A stretch of 27,389 nucleotides of DNA from Gemmatimonadales bacterium (lineage in GTDB: Bacteria; Gemmatimonadota; Gemmatimonadetes; Gemmatimonadales; GWC2-71-9): positions 1 through 27,389 of the forward strand of contig DASSTY010000343.1 in the NCBI GenBank assembly GCA_035707585.1. Direction: 5' to 3'. The notes under the pieces were generated by a model that was not told the origin of the DNA, searched no databases, and saw only the letters and a program-made list of their open reading frames with translations. The translations under genes were made by a program, and so were the position numbers. Shown here piece by piece: positions 23,708 to 27,389 of this stretch; position 1 is the first letter of the stretch; every line of letters begins with the position of its first letter.

Positions 23708-23713
23708 TATATT
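23708..23713 (+). promoter_or_regulatory. -10 hexamer for a possibly leaderless transcript
   Basis: TATATT, 6 nt, ATG(23720); no Shine-Dalgarno. Confidence 0.45.
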
Positions 23714-23719
23714 TCCAGA

Positions 23720-24799
23720 ATGCCCTCCCTCTCCCGATTCGCCCTGGTCTGCGCCGTTGCTGCGGCTGCGGGATGCAGCGAACCGCGCCATCCGCCCACC
23801 ATCATGCTGAACCGCCCCGGCGACACGGTCATCACCGCCTTCGTCGAGGTGCCGGAGGCGGCCTGGATCGGCGATCAGCGATGGGCGGTGGTGGCGCCGT
23901 CGGATTCAACAGTGGCGGTGGTGGATTTCAAGACCCGGAAGTTCGCTCCGTTCGCCGCTGCGAAAGCGGCCGAGCTCAGCCGCCCGTTTTCGATCTTTAC
24001 GGTGCGGGGCGATACGGTGTACGTGGGCGACTGGGCCCGCCGCCGGATCACGGTGTGGACCGCCGGAGGTCAACTGGTCGACTCGGTTCCCGCACCAGAC
24101 CTGACCCGCGGTACTCTCCCCGTTGCGCGCGATGCGTCGGGCCGCTGGTACGCCGAGCGGCCGCCGGCTCCTAAGCCGCGGGGTGCGGCGAATCGCGATT
24201 CGACAGTGGTGCTGCGGCTCAGTAACGATCTCCAGCAGGCCGATACCGTCGCCGCGCTGGCCCCGCTCGATGTGGTGTCGGTGCAGGGTGAGCAGGGGAA
24301 TCGGCTGGAGCGCCGAGTCTTCAGCGGCAACGACGTGTGGGGCGCACTGCCTGACGGGACGGTCTGGCTGGCCCGGGTCAATGCCAACCGGGTCCTCTGG
24401 ATCGCACCGGACGGGTCGGTCACCCGAGGCGAAGCGCTTCCCGATCGGGTACTCCAGGTAACGGCGGAGGATCGCGAGCTCTTTGCGCAGCGCTTCCCGC
24501 CGGAACTCCGCAGCAACGCCCAGCAGCTTCCCTTTGCGATTGTGAAGCCGCCGTTCGTGCGCGGATTCACCGATCCGGACGGCAATGTCTGGCTGGAAAA
24601 GAGCCGTTCGATCGTAGACACGGTGCAGTCGTATCAGCAGGTCGACCGCAAGGGCCAGCTGGTCCGCGAACTCCAGCTCCCCGGCTGGGGGAAGATCCTC
24701 GGCGTCGCCAACGGCCGCGCCCTCGTCGCCGAGAATTTCAAGGACGGCGTGCGTCTGCTGCAGGTCTCGATTCCGCCGGTGGATAGCCTGTCGCGATAG
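23720..24799 (+). CDS. Beta-propeller-like lipoprotein
   Basis: Lipobox AAAGC; blade-like segments (DTVYVGDW.RRRITVW...G, WGALPDGTVWLAR, DPDGNVWLE, VDRKGQLV). Confidence 0.72.
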   Translation: MPSLSRFALVCAVAAAAGCSEPRHPPTIMLNRPGDTVITAFVEVPEAAWIGDQRWAVVAPSDSTVAVVDFKTRKFAPFAAAKAAELSRPFSIFTVRGDTVYVGDWARRRITVWTAGGQLVDSVPAPDLTRGTLPVARDASGRWYAERPPAPKPRGAANRDSTVVLRLSNDLQQADTVAALAPLDVVSVQGEQGNRLERRVFSGNDVWGALPDGTVWLARVNANRVLWIAPDGSVTRGEALPDRVLQVTAEDRELFAQRFPPELRSNAQQLPFAIVKPPFVRGFTDPDGNVWLEKSRSIVDTVQSYQQVDRKGQLVRELQLPGWGKILGVANGRALVAENFKDGVRLLQVSIPPVDSLSR

Positions 24800-24811
24800 C
24801 GGCGTGCGCGT

Positions 24812-24855
24812 GTCATTGCGAGGAGGCGGCGGAGCCGCCGACGAAGCAATCCCGT
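24812..24855 (+). repeat. CGTC-type REP palindrome, copy A
   Basis: GTCATTGCGAGGAGGCGGCGGAGCCGCCGACGAAGCAATCCCGT; inner stem GGCGGC/GCCGCC, outer stem ATTGC/GCAAT. Confidence 0.9.
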
Positions 24856-24902
24856 AACGCGTGGTACGGGGCAACATCGCCGGGAAGCTCCGACCGGCGG
24901 CG

Positions 24903-24942
24903 ACGGGATTGCGTCGTCGGCTTTCGGCGTTCTCGCAATAAC
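24903..24942 (-). repeat. CGTC-type REP palindrome, degenerate copy B (inverted relative to A)
   Basis: Reverse complement GTTATTGCGAGAACGCCGAAAGCCGACGACGCAATCCCGT. Confidence 0.85.
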
Positions 24943-25035
24943 AGAGCGCGTTCTTAGGGGATGGCTGGCGGGAATCCGCGCCGGCGCAGGGAAAGTCGAT
25001 GGGCAGATTGCCGGTCCCCTGGCCGGAGTCGCCCA

Positions 25036-25323
25036 ATGCAACAGTACTATGTCTATCTGCTTACCAATCCACGCCACAATGTATTGTACACTGGTGTAAC
25101 TCGGGACCTCGTGCGGCGGGTCTGGCAGCATCGGAATCATGTGCATCCCGGCTTCACCAGCCGATACAACGTCACCAAACTGGTCTGGTTCGAGGTTCAT
25201 ACCGATATCAGGGTAGCGATCGCCCGTGAGAAACAGATCAAGGCGGGGCCGCGGCGAAGGAAGCTGGCACTGATCGCCGGAGCCAATCCTGAGTGGCGGG
25301 ATCTTGCTGAAGACTTGGGGTGA
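25036..25323 (+). CDS. Stand-alone GIY-YIG nuclease (COG2827/YhbQ-like), 95 aa
   Basis: YYVYLL...LYTGVT.DL.RRVWQH, GFT.RY.V.KLVWFE, AIAREKQIK and NPEWRDL; catalytic Tyr/Arg/His/Glu positions present; GGAG RBS 7 nt before ATG 25036. Confidence 0.93.
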   Translation: MQQYYVYLLTNPRHNVLYTGVTRDLVRRVWQHRNHVHPGFTSRYNVTKLVWFEVHTDIRVAIAREKQIKAGPRRRKLALIAGANPEWRDLAEDLG

Positions 25324-25339
25324 TTCCGGCGCATGCGTC

Positions 25340-25383
25340 ACGGGATTGCTTCGTCGGCGGCTCCGCCGCCTCCTCGCAATGAC
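25340..25383 (-). repeat. CGTC-type REP palindrome, copy C (exact reverse complement of A)
   Basis: 44/44 identity to A in inverted orientation, extending to about 52 bp with 2 mismatches; outer end reads CGTCATTGCGAG on the minus strand. Confidence 0.9.
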
Positions 25384-25385
25384 GG

Positions 25386-26087
25386 CTAGGGCGCCGACTC
25401 GGGCGGCTTGCGGTCGGTGGCGCGGCGGTCGCGGCGCTGGCCCGATTCGTACCAGCGGCGGGTGATTTCGCCGGCCAGCTCGCGGTTGCCCAGGCCGAAT
25501 GCCAATCCTACGGCCAGCGCTACGGCGCCGAGTATCAGGGTGAAGGCGGCGGTGACGATTTCTTCGGCGACGCCGAGCTGCTGCAGCGCCATGAAGAGCG
25601 AGATCACCACCACTACCGCCTTGGCGATCTTGGCGACGGTCGGCACACCCGGCACCGTGCCCGCCGATGCCAGGATCAGCCCGCGCACGAATTCGCCCAG
25701 CACGATGCCCAGAATCACGATCAGGATCGCCGCGATGAGCGTCGGGATGAACGCCAGCATGGCGCCGAACATCTGATTGACGCTTTCCAGCCCGAGCGCG
25801 GTGCTGGCCAGCAGGATCACCACCAGCATCACCAGCCAGAAGATCAGTTTGGCGGTAGTGCGTACGGTATCGAGCCGCGAGCCGGTGCGGCCCACCACTT
25901 CATCGAGCCCGCCGGCGGCCGCCATCCGATCCACATGCAGCCGCTTGAGGGTATCGTCCACCCAGCGCTGGACGTAGCGTGCCAGGAAGTAGCCGGTGAT
26001 CAGGATCAGCGCCGCGCCGATCAGGGCGGGGAGAAACGCGCCGATCTCTTCGGCTCCCTGCAGGAGACGATCCCAGAGCTCATTCAC
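25386..26087 (-). CDS. Conserved TM-helix repeat protein (CmpX/MscS N-terminal-like)
   Basis: FLPALIGAALILITGYFLAR and FIPTLIAAILIVILG repeat, LQQLGVAEEIV..AF...LGAVALAVGLAFGLG.RE.A; no obvious MscS beta-domain. Confidence 0.8.
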   Translation of the reverse strand: MNELWDRLLQGAEEIGAFLPALIGAALILITGYFLARYVQRWVDDTLKRLHVDRMAAAGGLDEVVGRTGSRLDTVRTTAKLIFWLVMLVVILLASTALGLESVNQMFGAMLAFIPTLIAAILIVILGIVLGEFVRGLILASAGTVPGVPTVAKIAKAVVVVISLFMALQQLGVAEEIVTAAFTLILGAVALAVGLAFGLGNRELAGEITRRWYESGQRRDRRATDRKPPESAP

Positions 26088-27121
26088 GGCGACACCTCGA
26101 TGACGAGTTTTCCGGTTTGCTCGCCCCGCGCCATCCGCGCGTAGGCGTCAACGCCCCGCTCCAGCGGTACGACCTGGTCTACCACCGGCCACAGCTTGCC
26201 GCGCGCCGCCAGCGAGACGATCTCGGCGAATTCCCGGTGACTGCCCATGGTGGAGCCGAGGATGCTCCACTGATGCCAGAAGAGTTTGCGGGCGTCGAGC
26301 GACACCATCGGCCCGGTGGTGGCGCCGCACACCACCATCCGCCCGCCGCGGCGCAGCAGCCGAAGCGACATCGGCCAGGTCTTCTCTCCTACCGAATCGA
26401 TTATTACATCGGCGCCGCGGCGGCCCAGCACACTCCGCACTTCGGCGACCGGATCACCGGTAGCATGGTTGACGGTGACGTCGGCACCGAGCCGCCGCGC
26501 CACTTCCAGCTTGGAGTCGCTGCTGCTGGTCACGATCACCGATGCACCGGCCAGCTTGGCGACCTGCAGTGACGCCTGCGCCACGCCGCCGCCGATTCCC
26601 CAGATCAGCACCCGTTCGCCGGGACGCAGCGCGGCGCGGGTAATCAGCATTCGCCAGGCGGTGAGCGTCGCCAGCGGGAAAGCTGCCGCGCTGGGCCAGT
26701 CCATTCTCTCGGGTACCAGCGCGACATTGGCTTCAGGAACGACGACGTACTCCGCCAGCGTGCCGGAGCGATGCTCGCCCATGACCTGGAAGGTGTCGCA
26801 AAGCTGGTGTTCGCCGGCGATGCAGCGTTCGCAATGCTCGCAGGAAATGCCGGGGTTGATGAACACTCGATCGCCCGGGTGCACGCTGGCAACCGCGGAG
26901 CCGACCGATTCGACGTCGCCCGCACCATCGGAGCCGACGATGTGGGGGAACTGGTTCTTCATTCCGGGCAGCCCGCCGGTGACGAACAGGTCGATGCGAT
27001 TGAGCGCGCCGGCGCGAATCCGAATCCGCACCTGATCGGGCCGCTCGATCTGCGGCACAGGGACGTCGACCACCGCCAGTTCATCGAGGCCGCCAACGCC
27101 GGTGAGTGCCAGTGCGCGCAT
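26084..27121 (-). CDS. Medium-chain dehydrogenase/reductase (zinc-binding alcohol dehydrogenase / quinone reductase family)
   Basis: GroES-like N-terminus, structural-Zn CxxCxxCxxGxxxxC, PHIVGSDGAG (no GHE catalytic-Zn motif), VLIWGIGGGVA, GKLV C-terminus. Confidence 0.9.
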   Translation of the reverse strand: MRALALTGVGGLDELAVVDVPVPQIERPDQVRIRIRAGALNRIDLFVTGGLPGMKNQFPHIVGSDGAGDVESVGSAVASVHPGDRVFINPGISCEHCERCIAGEHQLCDTFQVMGEHRSGTLAEYVVVPEANVALVPERMDWPSAAAFPLATLTAWRMLITRAALRPGERVLIWGIGGGVAQASLQVAKLAGASVIVTSSSDSKLEVARRLGADVTVNHATGDPVAEVRSVLGRRGADVIIDSVGEKTWPMSLRLLRRGGRMVVCGATTGPMVSLDARKLFWHQWSILGSTMGSHREFAEIVSLAARGKLWPVVDQVVPLERGVDAYARMARGEQTGKLVIEVSP

Positions 27122-27387
27122 CAGAATGCCGGGCCGATGACTCGCTCGTGCGGCTGCAATGGTACGGCCACCGGCGCAGCGCCGGGCGTGGTCGGCTGGA
27201 TCATCATGGCATACTCGATGGTGCCCTTGGCCGCGTCGGTGATCTGGCCGGTGACGTATACCATCGTCTTGCCATCGCGCGAGAGCACGAAGGCGAGCAC
27301 CGGCTGCTGCGTTTCCACCAGGGTTGTGAGGGTTCCGTCGGCCGCTCGGCGCACGATTCGCGATCCGGTTCCGCGCGGGCGCGCCGT
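27121..27387 (-). CDS. 3' end of a gene truncated by the window edge (TolB/PD40-like propeller blade)
   Basis: Frame is open to the window end; FVLSRDGKTMVYVTG blade-like motif; stop overlaps the next ATG. Confidence 0.5.
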   Translation of the reverse strand, partial: TARPRGTGSRIVRRAADGTLTTLVETQQPVLAFVLSRDGKTMVYVTGQITDAAKGTIEYAMMIQPTTPGAAPVAVPLQPHERVIGPAF

Positions 27388-27389
27388 GA

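Larger units (their letters stand above)
24812..25383. mobile_element. Putative REP-flanked GIY-YIG nuclease cassette
   Basis: Perfect 44-bp terminal inverted repeats enclose a single nuclease gene between convergent genes; no obvious target-site duplication. Mobility is inferred. Confidence 0.55.

Noticed and set aside
24812-24942. tRNA-like cloverleaf
   Set aside because: No D/T-loop consensus, anticodon arm geometry or CCA; explained by the REP doublet.
24961-25035. 25-aa N-terminal extension of the GIY-YIG ORF
   Set aside because: The family domain starts at MQQYYVY, and a GGAG RBS precedes ATG 25036.
24812-25383. Classical IS element or group I intron homing endonuclease
   Set aside because: No DDE/HUH transposase, no TSD, the gene is intergenic rather than in an intron, and it lacks the C-terminal DNA-binding domains of homing GIY-YIG enzymes.

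Overview
High-GC bacterial chromosomal window with no rRNA, tRNA or CRISPR array. The gene content suggests Gemmatimonadota (inference). 173-16840 is a long, mostly translationally coupled minus-strand run. It holds thyX, an FAD oxidoreductase, a squalene/phytoene synthase, a geranylgeranyl reductase-family enzyme, a SPOR lipoprotein, a DUF2231-like membrane protein, two tandem GWxTD-like paralogues, 3-hydroxybutyryl-CoA dehydrogenase, a hypothetical protein, a stomatin/slipin, thiolase, a double-zinc-ribbon protein, RNase HI and two small ORFs. Divergent from it is an operon of ECF sigma factor, putative anti-sigma and two HEAT-repeat proteins. The ~320-bp gap between them is a nested palindrome: a GTCGGA-plus-hairpin array bounded by two mirror-image ECF-type promoters. 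Further right are several exported beta-propeller proteins, a transmembrane-helix/MscS-like protein and an MDR dehydrogenase. The top candidate for an undescribed system is at 24812-25383. There a stand-alone, lower-GC GIY-YIG nuclease gene is bracketed by a perfect 44-bp inverted pair of CGTC-type REP palindromes plus a third degenerate copy. This layout parallels RAYT-REP loci but has a GIY-YIG nuclease in place of the HUH transposase.
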